Shown one piece after another: positions 7,836 through 18,020 of a stretch of DNA of 32,000 bases. The DNA comes from Desulfotalea psychrophila LSv54 (GTDB taxonomy: Bacteria > Desulfobacterota > Desulfobulbia > Desulfobulbales > Desulfocapsaceae). The translations under genes were made by a program, and so were the position numbers. Numbering within the stretch: position 1 is the first letter of the stretch; each line of letters starts with the position of its first letter. The notes under the pieces are model-generated. The model had not been told where the DNA came from. It made no database searches and saw nothing but the letters and a program-made list of their open reading frames with translations. Location: the NCBI RefSeq assembly GCF_000025945.1, contig NC_006138.1, positions 1,980,001-2,012,000 of the forward strand, in the 5' to 3' direction.

Positions 7836-7864
7836 TTGCACTCAGTTAGCCGTCATGCTAAATA
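7836..7864 (+). promoter_or_regulatory. Sigma-70-type promoter candidate for serS (TTGCAC-17 nt-TAAATA)
   Basis: TTGCAC at 7836-7841 and TAAATA at 7859-7864. This would give a leader of about 170 nt. Motif match only. Confidence 0.3.
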
Positions 7865-8040
7865 TTAAGCATAAACGACATCTTGTCTTCTGCAATGAGG
7901 TCTGTTTTGCCGGGTATGCTTTTTATTGTTCAGTGATATATTTTTTGTCAGAAACGATGTATATTTGCGCCTTGCCAACTTTGAGCTTGGTAAGATGAGA
8001 ACAACTTTAACTAATAATTACGATAATAGCGAGATAGACT

Positions 8041-9318
8041 ATGCTTGAATTACGATTCATTCGCGAAAATTTAGATCTAGTACAGGAAAGGTGCAATCGC
8101 CGTGGAATGAGCGATGAACTTATTACCTCTTTCACCGAGATTGATCAAAAACGACTCTCTACCCTCGCTGAAGTAGAAAGCCTTAAAAATAAACGCAATG
8201 TAGCTTCAAAAGAGATTGCTGAGCTCAAAAGAGGTACCGATGAGCAAAAGCTGGAAGCTGAGCCACTCATCCTTGAAATGCGTCAAATAGGCGATAAGAT
8301 AAAAATACTTGATACCAGTCTTAACCAGATCCAGGAAGATTTGGATAAGGTTGTTATGGCAATCCCTAATCTCTGTCAGGATGATGTGCCTGTCGGCAAC
8401 AGTGATGAGGAGAATATAGAGCTCAGGGTTTGGGGAAAAAAACCTGAATTCACCTTTACGCCAAAGGCTCATTACGAACTTGGCGAAGAGGCGGATACCA
8501 TTGATTTTGAACGTGCTGCCAAGATCTCTGGTGCCCGTTTTGCCATCCTTAAGGGTTTTGCCTCCCGTCTTGATCGAGCCCTGACGAATTTCATGCTCGA
8601 CCTTCATACCCAAAAGCATGGTTATACTGAAGTCTTGCCACCATTTTTGGTAAATTCGGCATCTCTGACGGCAACGGGGCAACTTCCTAAGTTTAAAGAG
8701 GATCTCTTTGCCATTAAGGACTGGGATCTCTATCTCATTCCCACCGCCGAAGTGCCTGTTACCAATATCCACCGTGATGAAACCATCGCTGAGCAGGATC
8801 TGCCCATAAAATACACCGCCTTCACCCCATGCTTTCGCTCTGAAGCCGGATCTCACGGACGTGACACCCGTGGTCTTGTCCGTCAGCATCAGTTTAACAA
8901 GGTAGAGCTGGTGAAGTTCACCACCCCGGAACGGTCAACGGATGAACTGGAAAGCCTGCTTGGCGATGCCGAAGAGGTTCTTCAGCTTCTTGGCTTGCAC
9001 TACCGGGTAGTTAAACTCTGTACCGGTGATCTTGGTTTCTCCTCCTCAAAAACCTATGATATTGAAGTTTGGCTTCCCGGTCAGCAGAAATACCGTGAGA
9101 TCTCCTCCTGTTCTAATTTTCTGGACTTCCAGGCTCGCCGAGGCGGTATTCGTTATCGTCCGGAGGGACAAAAGAAGAGTAAGCTTGTCCACACCCTGAA
9201 CGGATCCGGCCTGGCTGTGGGGCGTACCCTGCTTGCCGTTATGGAAAACTACCAACAGGAAGATGGTAGCATCACCATTCCTGAGGTGCTTAAACCGTAC
9301 TTTGAAAACAGGTTTTAA
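8041..9318 (+). CDS. serS: Seryl-tRNA synthetase
   Basis: 425 aa. [14 protein letters not shown] start, coiled-coil arm and class II motifs ([39 protein letters not shown]). Confidence 0.97.
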   Translation: MLELRFIRENLDLVQERCNRRGMSDELITSFTEIDQKRLSTLAEVESLKNKRNVASKEIAELKRGTDEQKLEAEPLILEMRQIGDKIKILDTSLNQIQEDLDKVVMAIPNLCQDDVPVGNSDEENIELRVWGKKPEFTFTPKAHYELGEEADTIDFERAAKISGARFAILKGFASRLDRALTNFMLDLHTQKHGYTEVLPPFLVNSASLTATGQLPKFKEDLFAIKDWDLYLIPTAEVPVTNIHRDETIAEQDLPIKYTAFTPCFRSEAGSHGRDTRGLVRQHQFNKVELVKFTTPERSTDELESLLGDAEEVLQLLGLHYRVVKLCTGDLGFSSSKTYDIEVWLPGQQKYREISSCSNFLDFQARRGGIRYRPEGQKKSKLVHTLNGSGLAVGRTLLAVMENYQQEDGSITIPEVLKPYFENRF

Positions 9319-9346
9319 GAACAGCTTTCTAGCTCCATGTTAAGGC

Positions 9347-9381
9347 AATTTTAGTGAGTCAGGTATGGACTCACTAAAATT
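9347..9381 (+). terminator. Perfect 14-bp hairpin downstream of serS (putative terminator)
   Basis: AATTTTAGTGAGTC-aggtatg-GACTCACTAAAATT. There is no separate U-tract beyond the AAAATT arm. Confidence 0.45.
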
Positions 9382-9443
9382 GACCTATAGGGGAAGGGAT
9401 AATTATTTAATATCAGGAATAATTCAATTTCAGGGAGACATCG

Positions 9444-11762
9444 ATGCCTAATCGCTCGTTCTTATGCCTTTTTGTTACTCTATTTTTTGTCTCGAATCTT
9501 TTTCTCTCTGTCCCCTCATCGCTCTTTGCTCAGGCAATTCCCCCATCGCCCGCCCCGTCAACACAATCAACTGAAAAAATACAGGCCCTGATGGCAGGGC
9601 TCAGCGATGAGCAGGTTCGGGCCATGCTTATAACCGAATTGCAAAACGACGCCGCGGTTCTGCCGCCAGAGAAATTACAACGATCTCGAGGCCCGGCTAT
9701 AGTGTTTGGCACTCTTCTTACATCCCTTGATAAGACTGCCTATAGTTCTGAAAAACGCCTGCAAAAATTGATAGAGAGTGTACCTCTGATAATACCAAGT
9801 TTGAAAAGTACATTTTTAAAGCTCTGCCCGGTAGGGACTTCCCATGGAGCAGTTATCAATCTATTATGGATACTGCTCTTCATAGTGACGGGCCTTGTCG
9901 CTGAAAAAATATTTAATGTATGGATCACCAGGCACTACTTCCCTCCGGGAGATGCTATTGAAGAAGATGGCCACATTTGGACAAGATTGAGCGCTGGAGT
10001 GTCACGGCAGATGCCTGGTATTCTTGGTGTCTTTGTGCTTTTCTTTGTCTCCTATCTCGTCAACATCCTGACCCTCGGAACCCAACTTCCCTTTGTGCAG
10101 CTTGTCTTTTTCAGTGCACTTATCGGTCTTCTTTTTTGTAGAATTATTGGCATGATCTCGAAAATCTTTCTGTCGCCGGCAACTTCTGCCTTACGGATTC
10201 TTCCTCTGCAGGAGAGCAGTGCCCGGACAGTGCACCGTCTTATAATTGCCATTACGGTCTATATTGTTTTTTCAACCATGTTTTCTATCCTTATCTATCG
10301 CCTTTCAGGAGATTATAAGGCCTATATTCTCTTGATGTTTTTAAGCGCCTCGCTGCTGCTCCTTATAACGGCAGTCTGTATACTCGTCTATAAAAACAGG
10401 GTGAAGGCCTATATACTCTCCAGTGAATGGGGGTATGGAAGTGGTAGGCTTGGCACCTGTCGGCGTCATTTTGCCTCCCTTTGGCATCTTTTTTCCCTCC
10501 TCTATCTCTTTATTCTATGGATTTTAGTTGTCAACACTCTGGGTGACTCATCGGTGCAGTCGGACTCTGCCTTTATTTTTAGCTTTTTTGCCCTGCCTAT
10601 TTGGTTTGTCTTGGATAAAATCACTCAATGGACCCTTCATTACGGCATTGGCGTCCTCCGGCCAGAGGCAAAGGATATTGAGCCCGAGCAATTAGCCCTG
10701 CGTCAGGAAAAAGATGAACGTTTCCAACATCGCGTTTATACCATAGGTCGTCTCTGTCTCTTTATTGCCCTGATGGCCTGTCTGGCAAGTCTGTGGAACA
10801 TCAACCTTCCCCTGGTGGAAGACTTTTCAAGAGTTATTTTTGATTCTGTAGCTGTCTGTGCCGTATCCCTTGTTACCTGGCGGGTACTGAGTAACTGGAT
10901 TGAGGCAAAAATAGAAGAGTCACTGCCCAAGGTTGAGGAGACAGGGGAGACAGAGGAGAAGGATGATGGCGACTGGGGGGCAGGGGGCGCGAGTAAGAGT
11001 AGGGCCTATACTCTGTTACCCATGTTGAGAAAATTCATTGGCACCATTCTGCTGGTAATGGTGGTGATGACCCTGCTTGCCCAGCTGGGTATTGATATTG
11101 GTCCACTGCTTGCCGGTGCTGGTGTTATTGGCCTTGCCATTGGTTTTGGGGCGCAGAAGCTGGTTGCCGATATGTTTTCCGGATTTTTCTATCTTCTCGA
11201 CGATGCCTTTCGGGTTGGAGAGTACCTGACTGCGGGCAAGGTCTCGGGGACCGTTGAAAATATTTCCCTGCGTAATGTCTTTTTACGACATCATCTTGGT
11301 ATGTTGCAGATTGTCCCCCATAGTGAACTTGGAGCTATTACCAACTTTATGCGGGGCGGTATTATTGTTAAGTTCAACCTCGATTTTCCCTATGACGTTG
11401 ATATTGATCTGGTTCGTAGGATCATAAAAAAAGTTGGTGTAGCAATGCTTGCGGACGAAGAACTTGGGCCGGATTTTATCCGGCCAATAAAGTCTCAGGG
11501 GGTTCGGGGGATTACCAATTCGGTGATGACCATCCGGGCAAAATTCACCGCCCATCCGGGAAAACAGTTTGTTATTCGCCGCGAGGCCTATAGGCTTATC
11601 ACCGAGGCACTGGCTAAGAAGGGTATTCACTATGCTCATCGTAAGGTGATTGTCGATGTGGCAAGTCATGAAGATAATATGAGCTTAAAGGCGGCAGGGG
11701 CTGCTGCAATGTCCTCAATTCAAAATGATGAGGAGCAGGCGGCGGCAAAGGCTTCTGACTAG
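9444..11762 (+). CDS. Mechanosensitive ion channel family protein (MscK/MscS-like, large N-terminal extension)
   Basis: Signal peptide, about 10 TM segments, and an MscS core (GVIGLAIGFGAQKLVADMFSGFFYLLDDAFRVGEYLTAGKVSGTVENISLRNVFLR). Confidence 0.9.
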   Translation: MPNRSFLCLFVTLFFVSNLFLSVPSSLFAQAIPPSPAPSTQSTEKIQALMAGLSDEQVRAMLITELQNDAAVLPPEKLQRSRGPAIVFGTLLTSLDKTAYSSEKRLQKLIESVPLIIPSLKSTFLKLCPVGTSHGAVINLLWILLFIVTGLVAEKIFNVWITRHYFPPGDAIEEDGHIWTRLSAGVSRQMPGILGVFVLFFVSYLVNILTLGTQLPFVQLVFFSALIGLLFCRIIGMISKIFLSPATSALRILPLQESSARTVHRLIIAITVYIVFSTMFSILIYRLSGDYKAYILLMFLSASLLLLITAVCILVYKNRVKAYILSSEWGYGSGRLGTCRRHFASLWHLFSLLYLFILWILVVNTLGDSSVQSDSAFIFSFFALPIWFVLDKITQWTLHYGIGVLRPEAKDIEPEQLALRQEKDERFQHRVYTIGRLCLFIALMACLASLWNINLPLVEDFSRVIFDSVAVCAVSLVTWRVLSNWIEAKIEESLPKVEETGETEEKDDGDWGAGGASKSRAYTLLPMLRKFIGTILLVMVVMTLLAQLGIDIGPLLAGAGVIGLAIGFGAQKLVADMFSGFFYLLDDAFRVGEYLTAGKVSGTVENISLRNVFLRHHLGMLQIVPHSELGAITNFMRGGIIVKFNLDFPYDVDIDLVRRIIKKVGVAMLADEELGPDFIRPIKSQGVRGITNSVMTIRAKFTAHPGKQFVIRREAYRLITEALAKKGIHYAHRKVIVDVASHEDNMSLKAAGAAAMSSIQNDEEQAAAKASD

Positions 11763-11769
11763 TAGGAGA

Positions 11770-12426
11770 CTATTTGCGGAACTTTATGGTGAGCTCTATT
11801 TCATCAATATGTTCTGTCACCTTCAGGCTGTTGACATAGCCGTGAACTGTTCCGGCCAGAGAACGCTGAATAAAGTCTTTCATGGGTACCTTTTGCCCGT
11901 TAACAAACAGTGAGGTGGTCTCCTTGTTCCTGGCATCTTCTCCGAGAAAACGTTTTTCAATAAAGGATGCTATCTCCTCACTCTCGTCGAGACGAAAGAC
12001 ATAGTCTCCTCTTATGCCACTGATATTGGTGGCAAGGGCAATCACCCCGGTGACCTCGTCACGAATCTTCTGGTCGATATCTCGTATAACCTCTATCTTG
12101 GCAATTTTACGGGCCCGTTTAAAACCTTCGGCAATAATAATATCAGCCTCGGGAAAGAAGCGATGGGCCATGGTCTGCAGGGAGTCTATTTTTTGAAAGG
12201 ACTGGAGCACCATCTGATCGGGTGCTACCAGGAGGACGCTATCCGCTCCGGCAATTTTGTGTTTGTGGGTGTCTGTACCCGGGGTATCAAACTCAAGACC
12301 CACCTCGGAGCTGGACTTCATCACGGCAACAGTGTAGCCCTTTGCCTTGAGATGGGATACCACTCTTGTTGCCAGGGTTGTTTTGCCGCTATCATGCCAA
12401 CCTATAAATGAAACTATTGCTGCCAT
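11770..12426 (-). CDS. mobB: Molybdopterin-guanine dinucleotide biosynthesis adaptor MobB (with ~50-aa C-terminal extension)
   Basis: IVSFIGWHDSGKTTLATRVVSHLKAKGYTVAVMK is the MobB P-loop start. Confidence 0.85.
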   Translation of the reverse strand: MAAIVSFIGWHDSGKTTLATRVVSHLKAKGYTVAVMKSSSEVGLEFDTPGTDTHKHKIAGADSVLLVAPDQMVLQSFQKIDSLQTMAHRFFPEADIIIAEGFKRARKIAKIEVIRDIDQKIRDEVTGVIALATNISGIRGDYVFRLDESEEIASFIEKRFLGEDARNKETTSLFVNGQKVPMKDFIQRSLAGTVHGYVNSLKVTEHIDEIELTIKFRK

Positions 12427-12530
12427 TCCCCATACTCCCTTGTCTTTTCAGGGGCAGTAGTCCCCTCACTTTATCTCTGCTTTGACCTTCGCTAGGGCAG
12501 AGGATACCCTACCAGATACGCGAAAGCAAA

Positions 12531-12559
12531 AAATTAGCCTTAAAATAAATGCATTGCAA
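12531..12559 (-). promoter_or_regulatory. Sigma-70-type promoter candidate for mobB (TTGCAA-17 nt-TAATTT on minus strand)
   Basis: Motif match only. Confidence 0.3.
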
Positions 12560-12697
12560 GCAGATAGAATCGGATTGGCCCTCTTTTTACTGGGCTATCC
12601 GTCTGAGGTAGGAGAAGATTTGAAATATATCTTTTGCTAGCAGAATCTCTTGTCGGGCGTGGTATCAGTCTATGGGTGAGGGGAAGGTGCAAAAGAA

Positions 12698-12731
12698 AAA
12701 AGGGGATATTTTTTAAGAAATATCCCCTTTT
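12698..12731 (-). terminator. Rho-independent terminator of the formate dehydrogenase operon
   Basis: Perfect 14-bp stem AAAAGGGGATATTT/AAATATCCCCTTTT with a 6-nt loop. On the minus strand the GGGGAUAUUU...AAAUAUCCCC stem is followed by UUUUUUCUUUUG. It lies 29 nt after the gamma-subunit stop. Confidence 0.75.
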
Positions 12732-12759
12732 GTAAACAAGTTGCGGTGTTTGCTGTGAG

Positions 12760-13620
12760 CTACTCGTACTTATGCAGGCTGTGAAGAATATCGACCTCTT
12801 CCTGTGGCTTGTAACCTGTTTTCATGGACTTAAGAGAGCCTGCTATGGCAAAGATTGACATGTAGCAGTGGGTTAGATAGAAGGCCACCAGAATCATACC
12901 CAAGACATTATGGATAATTGCGTAGATACGGATAAGATCGATATTTATGCCAAAGCTCCAGAGGTAAAAACCTGTAAAGGCCATGATAAGACCACCGGGC
13001 ACGGCACACCAGTACCACATCTTTTGACCTGCATTAAACTTCTCTGCAGGCACTGGCACCTTCTTTTTGCTGAGGTAACCACCTAAGATAAGGCACCATT
13101 TAATGTCGCACATAGCCGGCAACATGTCTTTGAGCCAAATGACAAGCATCAATAAGAGAGCGGGTAGGGCTAGAAAGGCTGCGAAGAGATGGACGTAGCG
13201 GGCGCTACGAATAAATGTGCCACCCCCGAAAAAGGAAGCAAAGGTAATGAGCAGTCCTGTGATCACCAGAGCGGTGAAGGAGACGGCCCCAAGAAGGTGG
13301 ATAAGGCGGGAGAATAGGGGGAAAAAGAGGATCTGTTTACCGCCATGATCAAAGTGTTTAGCTCCGATAATCAGATAGTGGAGAGCAAAGATCAGTGGTA
13401 CTGCGGTAATAAGGAGCAAAAATATCCACATAAAATAATGGGATTGCAAGAGGGTGAAAAGAGCACCATATTTTTGCCAATCCTCGCCGACAATACCTGT
13501 GATTAATCGTTGATAGTACTCTGGTGAAGAGGCCGTTGCCCAGGCAGAGACCGCCCCGAAAGTTAAGAAGAGCAGAACAGTTAATCCAGAGAGAAGGCCA
13601 GATTGCGTAGTTTTTTGCAT
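12760..13620 (-). CDS. fdhC: Formate dehydrogenase gamma subunit, membrane di-heme cytochrome b type
   Basis: Polytopic protein. FSRLIHLLGAVSFTALVITGL and FNAGQKMWYW are motifs typical of FdnI/FdhC cytochrome b (Ni_hydr_CYTB-like). It is the last gene of the fdh operon. Confidence 0.8.
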   Translation of the reverse strand: MQKTTQSGLLSGLTVLLFLTFGAVSAWATASSPEYYQRLITGIVGEDWQKYGALFTLLQSHYFMWIFLLLITAVPLIFALHYLIIGAKHFDHGGKQILFFPLFSRLIHLLGAVSFTALVITGLLITFASFFGGGTFIRSARYVHLFAAFLALPALLLMLVIWLKDMLPAMCDIKWCLILGGYLSKKKVPVPAEKFNAGQKMWYWCAVPGGLIMAFTGFYLWSFGINIDLIRIYAIIHNVLGMILVAFYLTHCYMSIFAIAGSLKSMKTGYKPQEEVDILHSLHKYE

Positions 13621-13637
13621 AATTGCATCCTTGAGAT

Positions 13638-13665
13638 TATCTGCCCGAATAACTTCGGGCAGATA
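13638..13665 (-). other. Perfect 12-bp intercistronic hairpin between fdhB and the gamma-subunit gene
   Basis: TATCTGCCCGAA-taac-TTCGGGCAGATA. There is no U-tract. It is followed on the minus strand by AAGGA and then the ATG of the gamma gene. Confidence 0.5.
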
Positions 13666-13679
13666 GTAGATCAGTGACG

Positions 13680-14273
13680 TTACTTATCGTCTTTTTTGTA
13701 TGCCCGATCCCAGCCCCAAGCCCCGGCGCCTGAACCACGTTGAAAGACACGCTTCCGATAGACATCGGCTATAATATCAGCATCGCCGGCAAGAAGCGCC
13801 TTGGTGGCACACATACCAGAGCAGAGCGGTGGTTTGCCCTCTGCAATCCTGTTTTGTCCGTAGAGACGTTTCTCTTCGTCGCTGAAAGTCTCTTCGGGAC
13901 CACCGGCACAGAAGGTACACTTATCCATGGCACCACGGGCACCAAAAACTGCTCCCTTGGGAAATTGAGGTGCACCGAAAGGGCAGGCCATAAAGCAATA
14001 GCCACAGCCAATACATTTTTTCTTATCCGCCAGGACAATGCCATCATCTCGTTGATAGATCGCATCAACGGGGCAGACAGCTATACATGGTGCATCGGCA
14101 CAGTGCATACATGAGATGGAGATGGATTTTTCACCAGGCTTTCCCTGGTCAAGGGTGACAACACGACGTCGGTTCACTCCAACGGGCACGTGATTGCCCT
14201 CTTTACAGGCGACGATACAACCACTACAGTCGATGCAACGTTCTACATCGCATAAAAATTTCATTCTTGCCAT
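13680..14273 (-). CDS. fdhB: Formate dehydrogenase beta subunit (4x[4Fe-4S] ferredoxin)
   Basis: CIDCSGCIVAC, CMHCADAPCIAVCP, CIGCGYCFMACP and CTFC motifs. It sits directly downstream of fdhA. Confidence 0.9.
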   Translation of the reverse strand: MARMKFLCDVERCIDCSGCIVACKEGNHVPVGVNRRRVVTLDQGKPGEKSISISCMHCADAPCIAVCPVDAIYQRDDGIVLADKKKCIGCGYCFMACPFGAPQFPKGAVFGARGAMDKCTFCAGGPEETFSDEEKRLYGQNRIAEGKPPLCSGMCATKALLAGDADIIADVYRKRVFQRGSGAGAWGWDRAYKKDDK

Positions 14274-14290
14274 TATTCAGTCCCTCCCGA

Positions 14291-17080
14291 TTAGGCCAAG
14301 CTGATTTTACAGAGACCATCTTTAGTAGCCTGAATCTGAGTAACGATATCATATCCATAGTTGACAACAACATTGGCTGAATCACCAACAACCCATGGTG
14401 CATGTCCCTCTGGATACTTATCAACAAGAGACTCGCCTTCCCAGGAACCACCAAAGTGATATGGTAAAAAGATAGTTTTTTCGTCCACCCTTTCGGTGAC
14501 AAAGGCCTTCACCTTGATTTTGCCGCCCTCCGGGGATTCAATCCAGATCATTGCATCCTTACGAATACCAAGATTATTGGCCAGGCGGGGATTAATCTCT
14601 GCGTACATTTCAGGCTGCAGTTCAGCTAGATACTGATTGCTTCGGGTCTCGGCACCCGCACCCATATGCTCAACCTGTCGGCCTGTGGTGAGGATATATG
14701 GAAACTCTTTTATCAGATTCGGGTTTTGCTCTGACTCAAAGCGGGTATCAACCCGGAAATGATTCGTCTGGTCCTGGTAGGTTGGATATCGCTCTATCAG
14801 ATCCGGACGTGGTGAGTGTAGGGGCTCACGGTGAACAGGCACCTGATCAGGAAAGGTCCAGACAATACAGCGGGCCCGGGCATTACCAAATGGTGCCATG
14901 CCACGGGAAATGGCATCCTTGATCGTTTTCTGGCTGAGGTCTGTCTTCCAGTTTGTGCCTGGAACCACATCTTTGAATTCAGGATAACCACCCTTTACCT
15001 CACTGCCTGGGGTATAGGTTCCCTCGGCTGCAAGTTGGTTTTCGGTACGACCAGAATCATAGGTTTTTTCGACACCAAAACGATTTCTAAAAGGTAGACC
15101 ACCTTCGGCCACAGACTTCGACATATCGTAGAGAATAGGAGTACCCGGATGTTCCTGGGTCCAGCAAGGCCAAGGCAGACCGTAATATTCGCCATCGCAT
15201 GGGCCACCCTTAGCCTGTAGGGTATCGATATCAAAGGTATGCCAGTTCTCCATATGGGCCTTGATACGCTCGGGCGTCTGACCGTTATAACCAATGGTCA
15301 GTGAGCCACTGCCCAGCTCACGCGTAATATCTTCGGGTTCCTGCTTGATGTTTTTGTAAAACTTATCAGCAAAACCAAGACGGGTAACGAAATCACGAAG
15401 GATGTCATAGTCATCTCGACTGTTGTAGATAGGATCAACAACCTTATAGCGCCATTGAATTTGGCGTGAGGTAGAACTCACTGACCCTTGCGTTTCGTAC
15501 TGGCTGGCACTGGGCAGAATATAGACATTATCTGTTTCACAGAGGGCCGCTGCCATGGTGGGGAAAGGATCAACAATAACCAGGAGATCAAGCTTGTTAT
15601 AGGCTCTTTTTACTCGACCATACTGGGAATTAGAGTTGGCCCCACATCCCCATTGGATAAGGGCCTTGATGGGAGATGGCTGATGAATTTTTTCTTCGTT
15701 CAGTACGCCTTCGTACCAGCGGGCAAGGGTGAATCCCTTTTTATTCATCCACTCCTTTGCAGGAAAACGTGAGACCATCCACTCGTAATCCACACCCCAG
15801 ACGCGACACCAGTGTTTCCAGGCGCCGTCGGAGAGACCATAGTAGGCAGGTAGGCTATGGGAGAGAATACACATATCCGTTGCCCCCTGAACATTGTCGT
15901 GACCACGGAAAATGTTGGTACCACCACCTGATTTACCCATATTGCCAAGGACAAGCTGGAGCAGACAGAAGCTTCTGGTGATGCTGGAGCCGATACTATG
16001 CTGAGTACCACCCATACACCAGGTAAGACTGGTTGGGCGATGGGTTGCAAGCATCTTGGCAACCTTGATGGTCTGGGCTGCGGGGATACCCGTTACATCC
16101 TCTACCTCTTCAGGAGTATATTTTTTTGTGACTTCAATCATCTCTTCGTAACCGGAAACACGGGTACGAATAAATTCCTTATCTTCCCAACCGTTTTTGA
16201 CGATTACGTGGATCAGTCCCATCATAAAGGCAGCATCAGAGCCCGGACGAATACGAACAAACTCATCGGCCTTGGCGGCAAGCTTTGTTCGACGTGGATC
16301 AACAACAATAATCGGCGCATTGTTCTTCTCTTTGGCGTGAAGAATATGCTGCATGGAGACAGGATGTGCCTCTGCCGCATTTGAACCGATAAAAATCATG
16401 GATTTCGCATGCCTAATGTCATTAAGACTATTAGTCATTGCACCGTAACCCCAAGTATTGGCGACACCTGCCACCGTTGCGGAGTGTCAGATGCGGGCCT
16501 GGTGATCGATATTATTCGACCCCCAGAATGCTGCGAATTTTCTGATCTGATAGGCCATTTCATTGGAGACCTTGGCACTACCGTTAAAGTGGAGGGCATC
16601 GGGGCCATCTTTTTCCCGAATCGACTTCAGTTTATCGGTGATCTCACCCATTGCCCGGTCCCAGGAAATAGGCGTCCACTTTCCGTTTATCCGTTTCATG
16701 GGGCTCTTCATTCGTTTAGGGCTAGTTACCATATCAATGGCACCTGCCCCTTTACAGCAATGGCCACCACGGGAAACCGGATGGTCTACCGCAACGTTCT
16801 GGCGCACCCAGACACCGTTGTGCACCTCGGCCTCAATGCCACAGCCAACGGCACAGTAGGTGCAGATGGTACGAACTGTTTTGGAGCCCTCATAGGGGCT
16901 TTTCTTACCGGAAGCACTTGCCTTCTTGGTGAGATTTGTGGTCATCGCAGCCCCTGTAAGTGCCGCTGTTGCCGCAGAAATCTTTAGAAAAGATCTCCTG
17001 GCAACCTTTGGGTTCAGGGTGACCCGTTTGCTGGTAGTTGCCGTGCTGGCAACTGCTTTATTCACTCGACTTCTGGCCAT
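14291..17080 (-). CDS. fdhA: Formate dehydrogenase alpha subunit, selenocysteine-containing, Tat-exported (molybdo/tungstopterin)
   Basis: Track ORFs 16487..17131 and 14291..16474 are in the same frame and are separated only by TGA (16487-16489). The context is [29 protein letters not shown], the canonical FdhA Sec site. Tat motif ARRSFLK. N-terminal FeS motif CTYCAVGCG. Start set at ATG 17080, preceded by GGAGATAACA. Confidence 0.93.
16449..16482 (-). promoter_or_regulatory. Candidate bacterial SECIS hairpin 3' of the UGA
   Basis: The mRNA reads UGA CAC UCC GCA ACG GUG GCA GGU GUC GCC AAU ACU UGG GG. The apical stem GGUGGC/GUCGCC has an AGGU loop. The GCAGGU element sits at the same codon offset as in E. 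coli fdhF (recalled). The lower stem is CCGCAA/UUGGGG with one mismatch. Confidence 0.5.
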
Positions 17081-17142
17081 TGTTATCTCCTTGTCAACTC
17101 TTAATAGAGGTTCTTTTGCTGGGAACCTCAAAAAAGCACAAA

Positions 17143-17328
17143 CTAGACTAAACTTTTGTAATATTTCTTAAAGTCTTCAGTTTCCTGATAGAGCACCTCA
17201 CTGCCAGCAACCTTTTGCAGGTCTGCAGCCTGGGCTTTCTTGCGGGTAACTGCAACGCCTGCCACAGCCGCACTCCCCGCCAGAATATGCTTCAGGAAAG
17301 AACGTCTTTTTCCTTGTTCTTTTTTCAT
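17143..17328 (-). CDS. Small formate-dehydrogenase-region Tat-target protein (TIGR02811-like)
   Basis: MKKEQGKRRSFLKHILAGSAAVAGVAV...YQETEDFKKYYKSLV carries a twin-Arg signal plus the C-terminal Y-x-E-T-x-x-x-x-x-Y-Y motif. The ATG at 17328 is preceded by CTGGAGAAAAAA (good SD). The track ORF extends to 17397. Confidence 0.75.
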   Translation of the reverse strand: MKKEQGKRRSFLKHILAGSAAVAGVAVTRKKAQAADLQKVAGSEVLYQETEDFKKYYKSLV

Positions 17329-17405
17329 TTTTTTCTCCAGTTGGTATTTTGCACTCATGGGCTTAACTCTCTTCCTGCCAACAAGAGTCAGTCCCATATC
17401 TCTTG

Positions 17406-18020
17406 TTACATCTCCATGATTAAACCACGCTCAAGATCCAGATAGCCCTTGAGGAAGAGACTGCAGGTTTCATAGAATTCAGCCCGATCATCATCTTTGA
17501 GTATCAGGTAAACACTTTCAACAAGGGGTTCTAGGAACTCTACTACCAGTTGTGTCTGGTAGTCCCGGGCCGTAGCGCTACCTGCGATTTCGTCCTCGAT
17601 AAGGCGGGCAAGACTGTCGAGCATGACGGGAATAGAATCTTCTGTATCTATTACACTTTCATTTTTCATCAAATCTGCCTTTGCCAGCAGGCCACGAAAT
17701 TGGGCAAGGGTCTCACCGTGGTGCCGGCCATCGACATAGTAGGATGCGGTGGTTGCAACATGTCTTTTGTTAAAGGGATCTGTGAAGAGGACATAGTATT
17801 CATCCTGCAGATCCGAGAGATTTTTCAGGGTAAGAAGCTTGCAGAAATCTGTAACTGCTGCATCAAAGAGGGGGTTGATATGTTCCCCGTGCAGAGAGGC
17901 AAAGATACCACGCCAGCGGCTCATTTTTTCTGCGTCTGGCTCTTCAAGGAAGAAGGATTTAATTACATCGATAAAACGCAGACGAACTCTGGAGAGTTCT
18001 TTTTCAGTCATCATGTCCAT
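17406..18020 (-). CDS. TorD/DmsD-family redox-enzyme maturation chaperone
   Basis: 204 aa, all-helical acidic protein. Its position and size fit TorD-like chaperones. Its ATG overlaps the upstream TAA (TAATG), indicating translational coupling. Confidence 0.75.
   Translation of the reverse strand: MDMMTEKELSRVRLRFIDVIKSFFLEEPDAEKMSRWRGIFASLHGEHINPLFDAAVTDFCKLLTLKNLSDLQDEYYVLFTDPFNKRHVATTASYYVDGRHHGETLAQFRGLLAKADLMKNESVIDTEDSIPVMLDSLARLIEDEIAGSATARDYQTQLVVEFLEPLVESVYLILKDDDRAEFYETCSLFLKGYLDLERGLIMEM

Noticed and set aside
11770-11940. MobB is about 50 aa longer at its C-terminus than the E. coli protein as I remember it.
   Set aside because: This is probably a lineage-typical C-terminal domain. 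Nothing in the sequence points to a specific extra function.
12427-12697. Looked for a Moco riboswitch or other structured leader upstream of mobB. Also looked upstream of fdhD and the Kef gene at 26349-26677.
   Set aside because: I could not find the conserved Moco-motif elements I remember (the CCUCCGAGCC-like and AAAGGA boxes in the right arrangement). Only generic short hairpins are present. A covariance-model scan (Rfam RF01055) would be decisive.
14698-16987. Several plus-strand ORFs of 74-192 aa (for example 15998..16384 and 16409..16987) lie inside the fdhA region.
   Set aside because: They lie entirely antisense to a strongly supported CDS. Their composition is Cys/Gly/Arg-rich and low-complexity, and none has an RBS. 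They are shadow ORFs. The same reasoning applies to 8206..8889 (antisense to serS), 20819..21421, 18719..19078 and similar ORFs.
14291-17131. fdhA appears as two adjacent ORFs (214 aa and 727 aa), which could suggest a disrupted pseudogene.
   Set aside because: The two ORFs share one frame, and the only interruption is a TGA at the canonical HQARI-U-HS active-site position. This is selenocysteine recoding, not a disruption.
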